DNA of 16,000 bases. Origin: Spartobacteria bacterium. GTDB taxonomy: Bacteria > Verrucomicrobiota > Verrucomicrobiia > Chthoniobacterales > Chthoniobacteraceae. The DNA is taken from contig JAJPJG010000030.1 in the NCBI GenBank assembly GCA_021324395.1, positions 24,641-40,640 on the forward strand, given 5' to 3'. Below, piece after piece: positions 1 through 7,873 of the stretch. The position numbers and the translations under genes are program-made. Under the pieces are notes generated by a model that was not told the DNA's origin, did not search any database, and saw only the letters and a program-made list of their open reading frames with translations. Each line of letters starts with the position of its first letter. Within the stretch, counting starts at the first letter, position 1.

Positions 1-937
1 CGAGCTTCACGCGGCTGAAATATTTCTGGTAGTCGGCAAGGTGCGCGGCCTTGAGTTGCGCGAAGCTCTTCGCCGCCGCGGCCTGGAGCTGCTTCTCCGC
101 CTCGGCGGGATTGGCGCCCTTGTAGCCCCTGGCGTAATCCATCACGTAGCTCGTGTTCGCGGCGACGAGCACGAGTGCCTCCGTCGCGCCCTCGACGGTG
201 AGCGTGTCCCCTTCGCCCGTGATTTTTCCACCCTTGAGCAGCACGCGCGTATTCACCTGGTAGTCGAGACTCGCGCCCGTGCTGCCCGTCATCACAAGCA
301 TGTCCGGCGCCACGAACTTCGTCTGCGCCTTCTCGGGGCGACCGAGCTTCATCGTGAAGCTCAACCCGCCCGGCCGGCTCGACGAGAGCCGCTGTGCGAG
401 CACCTTGTCGGGTGCGCTGCAAAACAACTCGCGCTCGTAGCTCACTCCGCCGGCCTTAAACTGCACGCCCGCCTCGGCCGTCTCCAGATCGAGCGAGCGC
501 CGGTAGTCGCTCACCGTGCCCGGCGAATTCCGGAACTCGAAATTCAGCTCGCCGAGCATCTGGAACTTGCTCTCGTCGTAATTCGCCTGGCACGTTAGGA
601 ATTGATTGCACATCCGCTCGGCCTCGTCGTAGCGACCCTCGCGAATAGTCTTGCGAATGTCCGCGAGATGCGTCCAACCATCGGGGCGGTTCGCCTGCGG
701 CTGCGGCCCGCCCGACCACACCGTGACGTCGTTGAGCACGATCCGCTCCTTCGCCGGATCGCCGTAAACCATCGCGCCGAGCCGCCCGTTGCCCAGCGGC
801 AGCGCCTCGATCCACTGTGTCGCCGGCTTGTCATACCACAGCACGGTCGTGGGATTCGGGCTTCCAGTTTCCCCTAAGACCGGGACGGCGGAAAGGATCA
901 TGGCGGCAATTGAAGTGCGGCAGAGCGCGCGTGTCAT
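1..937 (-). CDS. GH95-family alpha-L-fucosidase, N-terminal ~312 aa; C-terminal part lies beyond the left window edge
   Basis: Absent from the ORF track because it has no stop inside the window. My own minus-strand translation from ATG (937-935) stays open to position 2: MTRALCRTSIAAMILSAVPVLGETGSPNPTTVLWYDKPATQWIEALPLGNGRLGAMVYGDPAKERIVLNDVTVWSGGPQPQ...RRSLDLETAEAGVQFKAGGVSYERELFCSAPDKVLAQRL... It has a signal peptide followed by the LWYDKPA..W.EALPLGNGRLGAMV.G / LN..T.WSG / R.LDL..A / RE.F.S.PD.V block I recognise as the GH95 N-terminal domain. The start lies 9 bp downstream of the GH2 stop, so co-transcription is likely. Confidence 0.85.
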   Translation of the reverse strand, partial: MTRALCRTSIAAMILSAVPVLGETGSPNPTTVLWYDKPATQWIEALPLGNGRLGAMVYGDPAKERIVLNDVTVWSGGPQPQANRPDGWTHLADIRKTIREGRYDEAERMCNQFLTCQANYDESKFQMLGELNFEFRNSPGTVSDYRRSLDLETAEAGVQFKAGGVSYERELFCSAPDKVLAQRLSSSRPGGLSFTMKLGRPEKAQTKFVAPDMLVMTGSTGASLDYQVNTRVLLKGGKITGEGDTLTVEGATEALVLVAANTSYVMDYARGYKGANPAEAEKQLQAAAAKSFAQLKAAHLADYQKYFSRVKL

Positions 938-946
938 AGAGAAAGT

Positions 947-3520
947 TTATTGAGCGAGTTTGCCGGTGGCGGAGAATTCGGCGATGGTGGCGGGTTTGCC
1001 GGCGGGCGTGCCGGTGATGGTGACGCGCACGAAGCGGCCGGTCGCCCCGCCTGCGGGGTTGTCATTGCGCTCTTTTGCGGTCGCGGTCGTGCTGGTCTGA
1101 TCGACGGCGGGCTTCCAGATCGTGCCGTCCTGCGAAACCTCGATGCGGTAGCGCCATGCGCCATCCTCAGGGAAGAGGAGCGCGAACTTCTCGATGGCGA
1201 CGATGCGCTCGAGATCGATCTGCCACCAGGCATTGCCCGGCGCGGCGGCCTGCCAGAATGTCGCGGGATCGCCATCGTTCGCGAGAGCACCGCTGTGACC
1301 GGGCGCACCGCTGCTCACGCGCGTTGGGTTTCCGTGGCCGTAGGTCGTTGCCGTGCCCGCGCCATTGCGCTCGGTGACGGGCCGATACGGGCGCGGCTTC
1401 ACAGGCGATGTCTCGCCCGGCACATAAGCGGGCCCGCCTTTAGAGGTGATCGTGAGCGTCGCGTCCTTCAAGCCGGGCGAGGTCGCGTGGATCACCGTCG
1501 TGCCGGCGTAGTAGCTGCGGAATTCGATGGCCGCCTGGCCGTCGCGGATCGTGATGTCCGAATCCGGTGCAAACGTGATCGACGGTCCGGTCGGAAATTC
1601 GCCGGGACCGGATTCGATCGTCAGCGTGACCGGCACGGAATTGCTGAGCGGCGCGCCGGCGGCATCGACGACCGTCACGACGACATGCGCGTCGTCCGTG
1701 CCGTCCAAGCGAGCGAGCGTCGTCTTGTCGGCATCGAGCTTCAACCCGGCGGGCGTGCCCTGTTGCGGCCACTCGGGCGGCGGCACATGGGCGTAGGCGT
1801 TGCGATACCAATACCACGCGCGCTTCGGCAGACGCTGGTAATCGACGACGCCCATCGCGCCGAACTTCCGGCCCGCGATGCTGCCGTGGTCGAACCCACA
1901 CCAGATCGACTGCCCGCTGCGCCATGGGAACTCGGTCGGGAATCCGTTCGTGAGCTGCGAGCCCAGGTCGCCCCAGCCCGGCTCGTATTTGCCGGGGCGA
2001 TCCGCGATGGTCGAGCCGTATTCGCTCACCACGCTTGCGACGCCGGGATTGAGATATTGGGGCAGGGCCGCACCATCGCCGTTGTAGCCGGCCACGTCGC
2101 CGAGCTTGTCGATGTCGCCGCGCTGGCAACCGCCTACGGCCGCCGGGCGCGTGGGATCAAGCTTGTGCGTCTCGTCGACGAGGTCCTTCAAAAACTCGCG
2201 CACTTTCGGCATGACCTTGCTGTCCGAGAAAAATGGTTCGTTGCTCATGCTCCAGACGATGATCGACGGATGGTTGCGATGGATGCGGATCATGTCGCGC
2301 AGGCTCGCCTTCACGCTTTCCTCAAACGGCTTCTGGTCTTCGGGATTAACCGGATACGCACTGCAATTCCAATAGCCATCTCCCTTGTAACCGCCGGTGC
2401 CCCAGAAACAGTTTTCCGACCAGAACATCACGCCCAGCTCATCGCACGCCTCCGTGAACGCCGGTGCGTGCGGATAGTGCGAGCCGCGAATCAAATCGAA
2501 GCCCGCGTCCTTGATCATCTTCACGTCGCGTGCCGCGCCCGCGCTCGTCACCGCATCGCCCCATCCAGCGTGATCCTGATGAACATTCGCGCCTTTAAAG
2601 TAACGGTGCTCGCCATTGAGGAAAAAGCCCTTGTCCGTCGTGAACTGAATCGAACGGATGCCAAACGGCGTCTCGAATCGATCCATAGCTGTCTTTCCGT
2701 CAAAGACTGTGCTCACCACACGATAGAGCGTCGGCGTCTCGGGAGACCAGAGCTGCGGATTCGCAATCGGTGCGGTCGTCTGGTCGAATGTCGTTGTCTT
2801 GCCCGGCGCAATCATTTGCGTCGCGCTTACAGTCGCCACAACCTTGCCCGCCGGATCGACTACATCGGTTTGCAGCGCGCAAAGCTTTGCCGTGGCGGAT
2901 TCGTTGGCGACCTCGGTCTTTACGTTCACGTTGGCAGACGCGGCGGCGACCTTCGGCGTTGTCACGAATGTTCCATACCACGCCACGTGCAGCGGATTGA
3001 GCGCCACGAGCCAGACGTTGCGATACAATCCGCCGCTAAAAACGTGCTCTCCCGCGCGCGGCGCGAGTCGCGCATTCCACAAATTATTGAGCCGCACGGC
3101 GACGACATTTTCGCCCGCCTTTGCCACGTTTGTGATATCGATTTCAAAGCCGGTGTAGCCGCCTTGGTGCGTGCCGACTCTTTTCCCATTCAGGAAAATC
3201 TCGGCGTCCTGAAATGCGCCGTCGAAGTCGAGAAACAGCCGTTTACCGACCCATGCCACTGGAACATCGAAGTGCTTCCGATACCAGCCGTAGCCAACGT
3301 AGAACGCATTCCCCGCCGCAAAATACGGCATGCTGAAGGAGTGCGGCAAACCGATTGCCTCCCAATTCGCGTCATTGAAAGCGACTGCTTCCGCGCCCGC
3401 GTGATCGCCGATTTGGAATTTCCACGCACGATTGAAATTGGAAGTCTCCCGGGGAGTCGCTGCGGAAAGCATGGATGTTGTGGCGAGGAAAAATACTGCG
3501 AGTTTTCTTAATACGATCAT
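947..3520 (-). CDS. GH2-family glycosidase (beta-galactosidase-like) with C-terminal Ig-like and F5/8 type C (discoidin/CBM32-like) domains, secreted
   Basis: ORF track 947..3577. I prefer the ATG at 3520, which gives the signal peptide MIVLRKLAVFFLATTSMLSAATP; the track start at 3577 is a TTG. GH2 sugar-binding N-domain: NFNRAWKF...GWYRKHF...LFLDFDGAFQDAEIFLNGKRVG.H.GGYTGFEIDIT. TIM barrel: GANVHQDHAGWG, IRGSHYPH, and the acid/base motif HPSIIVWSMSNEPFF. Candidate nucleophile: VVSEYGS. C-terminal discoidin-like block: ALANDGDPATFWQAAAPGNAWWQIDLERIVAIEKFALLFPEDGAWRYRIEVSQDG. Confidence 0.9.
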   Translation of the reverse strand: MIVLRKLAVFFLATTSMLSAATPRETSNFNRAWKFQIGDHAGAEAVAFNDANWEAIGLPHSFSMPYFAAGNAFYVGYGWYRKHFDVPVAWVGKRLFLDFDGAFQDAEIFLNGKRVGTHQGGYTGFEIDITNVAKAGENVVAVRLNNLWNARLAPRAGEHVFSGGLYRNVWLVALNPLHVAWYGTFVTTPKVAAASANVNVKTEVANESATAKLCALQTDVVDPAGKVVATVSATQMIAPGKTTTFDQTTAPIANPQLWSPETPTLYRVVSTVFDGKTAMDRFETPFGIRSIQFTTDKGFFLNGEHRYFKGANVHQDHAGWGDAVTSAGAARDVKMIKDAGFDLIRGSHYPHAPAFTEACDELGVMFWSENCFWGTGGYKGDGYWNCSAYPVNPEDQKPFEESVKASLRDMIRIHRNHPSIIVWSMSNEPFFSDSKVMPKVREFLKDLVDETHKLDPTRPAAVGGCQRGDIDKLGDVAGYNGDGAALPQYLNPGVASVVSEYGSTIADRPGKYEPGWGDLGSQLTNGFPTEFPWRSGQSIWCGFDHGSIAGRKFGAMGVVDYQRLPKRAWYWYRNAYAHVPPPEWPQQGTPAGLKLDADKTTLARLDGTDDAHVVVTVVDAAGAPLSNSVPVTLTIESGPGEFPTGPSITFAPDSDITIRDGQAAIEFRSYYAGTTVIHATSPGLKDATLTITSKGGPAYVPGETSPVKPRPYRPVTERNGAGTATTYGHGNPTRVSSGAPGHSGALANDGDPATFWQAAAPGNAWWQIDLERIVAIEKFALLFPEDGAWRYRIEVSQDGTIWKPAVDQTSTTATAKERNDNPAGGATGRFVRVTITGTPAGKPATIAEFSATGKLAQ

Positions 3521-3526
3521 GTCGAT

Positions 3527-3553
3527 GCGACAACGGTGGCGTATCGTTGTCGC
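3527..3553. promoter_or_regulatory. Perfect 9-bp inverted repeat GCGACAACG-N9-CGTTGTCGC, 7 nt upstream of the GH2 start codon; function unknown (5'-UTR hairpin or operator)
   Basis: Read directly: 3527-3535 gcgacaacg, 3545-3553 cgttgtcgc (exact reverse complement), 9-nt spacer. It sits between the GH2 ATG (3520) and the rest of the divergent intergenic region. Confidence 0.3.
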
Positions 3554-3572
3554 GTTTGTAGGTTGAATTTGG

Positions 3573-3586
3573 GGCAAACATTTGCC
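3573..3586. promoter_or_regulatory. Palindrome GGCAAA-CA-TTTGCC, resembling LacI/GalR/PurR-family operators (GCAAACGTTTGC type); candidate operator
   Basis: Read directly at 3573-3586. The 6-bp arms are perfectly complementary. It lies in the GH2 / galE divergent region. No LacI-family regulator gene is present in the window. Confidence 0.3.
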
Positions 3587-3786
3587 GCTTTGGATGACGA
3601 CATTTCCAGGTCACCAATCGCTGGAAACCAGCTATTGTCATGACGGCGGGCTCGGCAACGATTGCATATTCGTAGAATCTTTGTCCACTACCTGCTGATT
3701 CCTTCGACGCTATCCGGCATTTTCTTTTGCGGCGGTCATCTTGAGCTTGCGCTTGTGCAGTGACTGACGCTTGATTTTGCGCGCTT

Positions 3787-4758
3787 ATGAAAATCTTAGT
3801 CACCGGCGGCGCCGGCTATATCGGCAGCATTTGTGTGGAGCAGTTACTCGATCTCGGACATGAAGTCATCGTTTTCGACAACTTCACCGAGGGACACAAA
3901 AACGCGATCGATCCGCGCGCGCATTTGATCGTCGGTGAGTTGCAGCATCGGGATTCCATCGGCGCGGCGCTGACGGATATGAAGCCGGACGCGGTGATGC
4001 ACTTTGCGGCGAATGCGCTGGTGGGCGAGTCGATGCAGAATCCGTCGAAGTATTTTCGCAACAATGTTTACGGCGGCATGAATTTGCTGGATGGAATGAT
4101 CGAAAACGGGGTGAAGCGTTTTGTTTTCAGCTCGACGTGCGCGACATTCGGGCCGCCGGAACGGGTGCCGATCGACGAGTCGCTGCCGCAGCGCCCGATC
4201 AATCCGTATGGCGAGTCGAAGCTGATGTTTGAAAAAATCCTGCGCTGGTATGACGAAATTCACGGGCTGAAATTTGTGTCGCTGCGCTATTTCAACGCGG
4301 CGGGAGCGACGGAAAAATATGGCGAGGATCATCGCTGCGAGACGCATCTCATTCCAAATGTGCTGAAAGTGGCGCTCGGGCAAAAATCGCACGTGGAGAT
4401 TTACGGCACAGATTACGAAACGCCGGACGGCACGTGCATTCGCGACTACATCCACATCGTCGATCTCGCGCAGGCGCATTTGCTCGCGCTCGAGGCAAAG
4501 GAGAGCGCGTTTTACAATTTAGGCACCGGCGGCGGCACGAGCGTGCGCGAAGTGATCGCCGCATGCGAAAAGGTGACCGGCAAGAAAATTCCCGTCGTGG
4601 AAAAGCCGCGCCGTCCCGGCGATCCGCCGCGGCTCATCGCGAGCTCGGCAAAAATCCAACGCGACCTCGGCTGGAAACCAAAGTTTCAGAGCATCGAAAA
4701 AATTGTCGAGAGCGCGTGGGCATGGCACGTGAAGCACCCGCAAGGGTATCGGGATTGA
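3787..4758 (+). CDS. galE: UDP-glucose 4-epimerase
   Basis: 323 aa. N-terminal Rossmann motif MKILVTGGAGYIGS. SDR catalytic motifs SSTCATFG and YGESKLMFEKIL (YxxxK). LRYFNAAGA and DGTCIRDYIHIVDLAQAH are typical of GalE. Confidence 0.92.
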   Translation: MKILVTGGAGYIGSICVEQLLDLGHEVIVFDNFTEGHKNAIDPRAHLIVGELQHRDSIGAALTDMKPDAVMHFAANALVGESMQNPSKYFRNNVYGGMNLLDGMIENGVKRFVFSSTCATFGPPERVPIDESLPQRPINPYGESKLMFEKILRWYDEIHGLKFVSLRYFNAAGATEKYGEDHRCETHLIPNVLKVALGQKSHVEIYGTDYETPDGTCIRDYIHIVDLAQAHLLALEAKESAFYNLGTGGGTSVREVIAACEKVTGKKIPVVEKPRRPGDPPRLIASSAKIQRDLGWKPKFQSIEKIVESAWAWHVKHPQGYRD

Positions 4759-4824
4759 TCTTTTGGCGGCGAGCCAAACCGTTGTTGAGCCAAATACCGT
4801 GTGAATTAGATTGCGCAAAGAAGC

Positions 4825-7293
4825 ATGAAAAAATTCCGGATTTCATTGTTGCTGGTCTGCGCCACCGCTTTGCTCGGCAATACGCCGCTGAAAAGCGAGA
4901 CGCCCGTTAAGAAGCAATTCCCACAGCCGGGAGTTATTCGCTACGACGGCCACTGCCTTACCATCAATGGAAAGGACACGTTCATTCGCAGCGCGGCCTT
5001 TCATTATTTTCGCACGCCGCGGGAACTATGGCGTGACCGATTTCAGAAAATCAAAGATGCCGGTTTCAACACGGTTGAAACCTATGTGCCGTGGAACTGG
5101 CACGAACGCGATCTACCTTCGAGCGTCACTGACTTTTCCAAAGTGGACCTTTCCGAAGCCGAAGCGTGGCTGAAAATGGCGCAGGACGAATTCGGTTTCT
5201 ACACCATCGTTCGTCCCGGGCCGTTCATCTGCGCCGAGTGGGGCGGCGGCGGTTATCCGCGCTGGCTGGCAAAGTTCGCGCCCACCACGGGAACCAATTT
5301 TTGGCTGCGAAGCGCAGACGATGCACATATCGCGTGGAGCGTTCATTGGTATGACGCTGCTTGCAAGTTGTTCGCGAGCGAGCAGATCACGCACAAGTTC
5401 GCTGGCAGCAAGGGCATCATCCTGGTGCAGATCGAAAATGAATACGACGCCCATAAATGCCCGGATAAGCCCAAGCTGTTGCGCGCCTTGTTCAATGCCG
5501 CGAAAAATGCGGGCGTCGAAGTCCCGATTTTCACCTGCCTCACCCGCGAATGCCGTGGCAGTGATGATCCGACGCTTTCGCAGGTTTTCGATTGCGACAA
5601 TTACTACGTTGGCCTGAATGCGGCCCCAAGCTGCGCGCAGCGCATGATGTCGTTGCGCGCGCACCAGCCGGATTCACCAGGCTTTGTCACGGAATTGCAG
5701 GGCGGCTGGTTTTCGGTTGTCGGCGGGAAATTGAGCGAAGAGCATTATTCCGATGCGCGCCATTACAACGCCATCAGTTTGATGTCCCTGCTGGGCGGAG
5801 CGACGGGTTTGAACACATACATGTTCGTCGGCGGAACGCATTTCGGCGGATGGCAGGCGCGCGGCCAGACGACCACCTATGATTACAATGCTCCCATTCG
5901 CGAGTGGGGTGCGCTTAGCCCAAAATACGATGCGGCAAAGGGCGTGAACCAATTCATCCGCGAAAACGAAGCGCTGCTGTCGCGCGCAGAGGGCGGGCCG
6001 TGCGAACTTCAAGGCGCGCCCGCCAATCTCTTCGGAGGTGTGCGCGTGGGACCGGACGGCACGAAATTTGTCTTTCTCGACAATACCGATCCGAAGAATT
6101 CCCTTTCCGGCAAAGTCACTATCGAGCCTCAAAAAATAGCCATGCAGGCCGGGCCCATTTACAACATCGATCAGAACGGAAATCGGGTTCTGATCAAGAC
6201 GGATGACCTCGCTTCGCAATCTACGGAGATTCCGCCTTTTGACATGGAGTATCAGCTTGAGGCGCTCGGCGCAAAGGTGCTTGTGATTCCGCCCGGAAAA
6301 ACAGCAGCGGAAGGAGTCTGGTATCCGAAGCCGCAAAAACCCGCGCAGGTTCCGGGCCCGCTGCCTGCACCGGTGCGTCTTGCCTTCGCGCTGACACGCA
6401 ACGATCCGCTCGATGGAAATTGGCGGCAACTGCCCTCCGGGAAATCGCTGCCGGAACTCGGCATCAGCGATCAGCGTTACGTTCTTTACCGCGCCCGCGT
6501 TTCATTAACGCAAGAGGACTCCGCGCGCCTCGCCAAATTGCTTGTCGCTTCCTTCAGTCGCGACATCGTTTCCGCGCAGATCAACGGCAAACTCGCCCGC
6601 CGTCTTTACCCGAGCGACGAAATTGCCGCTGCGGTAATTCGCGACACCAAGAAATCCTTTTCCCGCATTCAGCCCGACCAATTCGACAATCGCTTCGATG
6701 TCGCGGGGTTATTGCGTGCAGGAACGAATGATATCGTCCTGCTATATGAAAACGTCGGCCACGAGCACGGTTATTTTCCAATGGAGGAGTTGAGCGGCAT
6801 CCGGCAGGCCGGGCTTTCCGACAACGAAACAGCCATTGCAAAGCCGCTCGATTTGCAGGTCGCGACAAATCTCGGCGGCGTTACCGACGGCTGGACGAGC
6901 CCGGGCTTTTCCGCACAGAGCTGGTCAAAGATCGCGCTCGATACAGCAGCTCCCATCCCGCGCAAAGGCAATCAGATTCAGCCCAAAGAACCGCAGGACG
7001 CGCTGTTCACCTGGTATCGGCTGGAGTTTGAGCTGCCGGCATTACCGGACGGCAAGTCAATTCCCTGGCGACTGCTGCTAAACGCTTCCGGCAACGGTTT
7101 CATGTGGCTCAATGACCATGACATTGGCAGGCACTGGGAAGCCGGGCCCCAGCGCGAATTCTATTTGCCGGAGTGCTGGTTGCAATTTGGCGGCGCTGAG
7201 AAAAATGTGCTGATGCTTGGCCTGCGTCAGACGATCAACGGCGCTAAGCTCCAGGCCGCAGAGGTTTCGCCGTATCCTGCGCCGCCTCAGTAA
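4825..7293 (+). CDS. GH35-family beta-galactosidase, secreted, with C-terminal beta-sandwich (galactose-binding-like) domains
   Basis: 822 aa. Signal peptide MKKFRISLLLVCATALLG. GH35 signature FHYFRTPRELWRDRFQKIKDAGFNTVETYVPWNWHE. Acid/base motif ILVQIENEY. Nucleophile region GFVTELQGGWF. C-terminal FTWYRLEFELP...MWLNDHDIGRHWEAGPQREFYLPECWL is typical of the jelly-roll domains of GH35 enzymes. Only 66 bp after galE with no clear terminator, so co-transcription is likely. Confidence 0.9.
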   Translation: MKKFRISLLLVCATALLGNTPLKSETPVKKQFPQPGVIRYDGHCLTINGKDTFIRSAAFHYFRTPRELWRDRFQKIKDAGFNTVETYVPWNWHERDLPSSVTDFSKVDLSEAEAWLKMAQDEFGFYTIVRPGPFICAEWGGGGYPRWLAKFAPTTGTNFWLRSADDAHIAWSVHWYDAACKLFASEQITHKFAGSKGIILVQIENEYDAHKCPDKPKLLRALFNAAKNAGVEVPIFTCLTRECRGSDDPTLSQVFDCDNYYVGLNAAPSCAQRMMSLRAHQPDSPGFVTELQGGWFSVVGGKLSEEHYSDARHYNAISLMSLLGGATGLNTYMFVGGTHFGGWQARGQTTTYDYNAPIREWGALSPKYDAAKGVNQFIRENEALLSRAEGGPCELQGAPANLFGGVRVGPDGTKFVFLDNTDPKNSLSGKVTIEPQKIAMQAGPIYNIDQNGNRVLIKTDDLASQSTEIPPFDMEYQLEALGAKVLVIPPGKTAAEGVWYPKPQKPAQVPGPLPAPVRLAFALTRNDPLDGNWRQLPSGKSLPELGISDQRYVLYRARVSLTQEDSARLAKLLVASFSRDIVSAQINGKLARRLYPSDEIAAAVIRDTKKSFSRIQPDQFDNRFDVAGLLRAGTNDIVLLYENVGHEHGYFPMEELSGIRQAGLSDNETAIAKPLDLQVATNLGGVTDGWTSPGFSAQSWSKIALDTAAPIPRKGNQIQPKEPQDALFTWYRLEFELPALPDGKSIPWRLLLNASGNGFMWLNDHDIGRHWEAGPQREFYLPECWLQFGGAEKNVLMLGLRQTINGAKLQAAEVSPYPAPPQ

Positions 7294-7811
7294 TGTGGCA
7301 CCGGGATTTTCTGCAGCTCTTTTTTTCGGGCGCGAATCTGCTCGTCGTTCCATGTTTTGTGCAAAAGCTGGAGCGCGGTCGGATTGAGGATTGACGATGT
7401 CGGCTCGACGTCGGGAAGAGCAGGGTAGCCGTCGAGATGCGCACCTTGCAGTCCGGTGGAGAGCTGCAAATGCGTGCCGTCCTGTTGCTGTATCGAATTT
7501 ATCGCGGCGTTTGCGTTCGCGCTTTTCGGCTGTGGCTTTGCGGATGCGCCATCCGTGCGCACGGGAGCGCCCGGATTATCATCCAGCATCATGTTGATTT
7601 GGTTTAAATAAGCGCGATATCCCTGTAGGATTGCCTCGATCGCGTCCTTATTTTCGTTCGTGAACTGTTGCACTTGCGCGGCGGTGTTCGCATCCACGTT
7701 TTGCGACGCTTTATCAGTGACCTGCTCGAGAAGATCGGCGTTGTCGTCCTTGCCGCGAACATTCGCCAGACTGAGCACTGCGACCGCTGCGAAAAGTGCG
7801 AGTAATTTCAT
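7287..7811 (-). CDS. Hypothetical secreted protein (174 aa), no recognisable family
   Basis: ATG start with a clean signal peptide MKLLALFAAVAVLSLANV. The mature part is Q/N/A-rich: a helical-looking N-terminal half, a low-complexity PQPKSANANAA linker, and a short C-terminal segment. Its stop (TGA 7289-7287) overlaps the GH35 stop region convergently by 7 bp. Support is limited to ORF length, signal peptide and position. Confidence 0.55.
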   Translation of the reverse strand: MKLLALFAAVAVLSLANVRGKDDNADLLEQVTDKASQNVDANTAAQVQQFTNENKDAIEAILQGYRAYLNQINMMLDDNPGAPVRTDGASAKPQPKSANANAAINSIQQQDGTHLQLSTGLQGAHLDGYPALPDVEPTSSILNPTALQLLHKTWNDEQIRARKKELQKIPVPHY

Positions 7812-7848
7812 GACCTCAACGCAACGCTAATCCTGTTCGCGGGAATTG

Positions 7849-7868
7849 AAAAGGCTGCATCGCCCTTT
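7849..7868 (-). terminator. Weak hairpin plus T-run between the PSCyt1-DUF2231 gene and the 174-aa ORF (possible partial terminator or attenuator)
   Basis: Minus-strand reading is AAAGGGC-GATGCA-GCCTTTT. Only about 3 GC pairs plus A-T pairs, and the T-run forms part of the stem. Seen by eye; no energy calculation done. Confidence 0.2.
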
Positions 7869-7873
7869 ATGCG

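Noticed and set aside
41-877. ORF-track entries 41..598(+), 456..815(-), 595..834(-) and 602..877(+)
   Set aside because: All are Arg-rich, low-information translations in the wrong frames of the GH95 gene. The real frame (minus strand, in phase with 937) is open to the window edge and was therefore not listed in the track.
950-3511. 853-aa plus-strand ORF, the second longest in the track, exactly antisense and codon-aligned to the GH2 gene
   Set aside because: This is a shadow ORF. Its codon boundaries coincide with those of the minus-strand gene, so it stays open only because that part of the GH2 gene uses no TTA, CTA or TCA codons. Its translation is Arg/Ala/Gly-rich with no motif, signal peptide or domain-like pattern. 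The opposite strand gives textbook GH2 motifs.
3521-3577. TTG start at 3577 for GH2; similarly TTG 9372 for the b562-like gene and TTG 10771 for kdgK
   Set aside because: In each case an in-frame ATG a few codons downstream (3520, 9357, 10807) gives a conventional signal peptide or the family-typical N-terminus. The longer versions cannot be excluded without experimental data.
3372-3803. 143-aa minus-strand ORF spanning the GH2/galE intergenic region
   Set aside because: It overlaps the galE start on the opposite strand and the GH2 N-terminus out of frame. Its composition is basic and low-complexity, with no start context or motif. The region is better explained as a divergent promoter.
5674-6429. 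251-aa minus-strand ORF inside GH35
   Set aside because: It is an Arg-rich antisense translation, and the GH35 frame is unambiguous.
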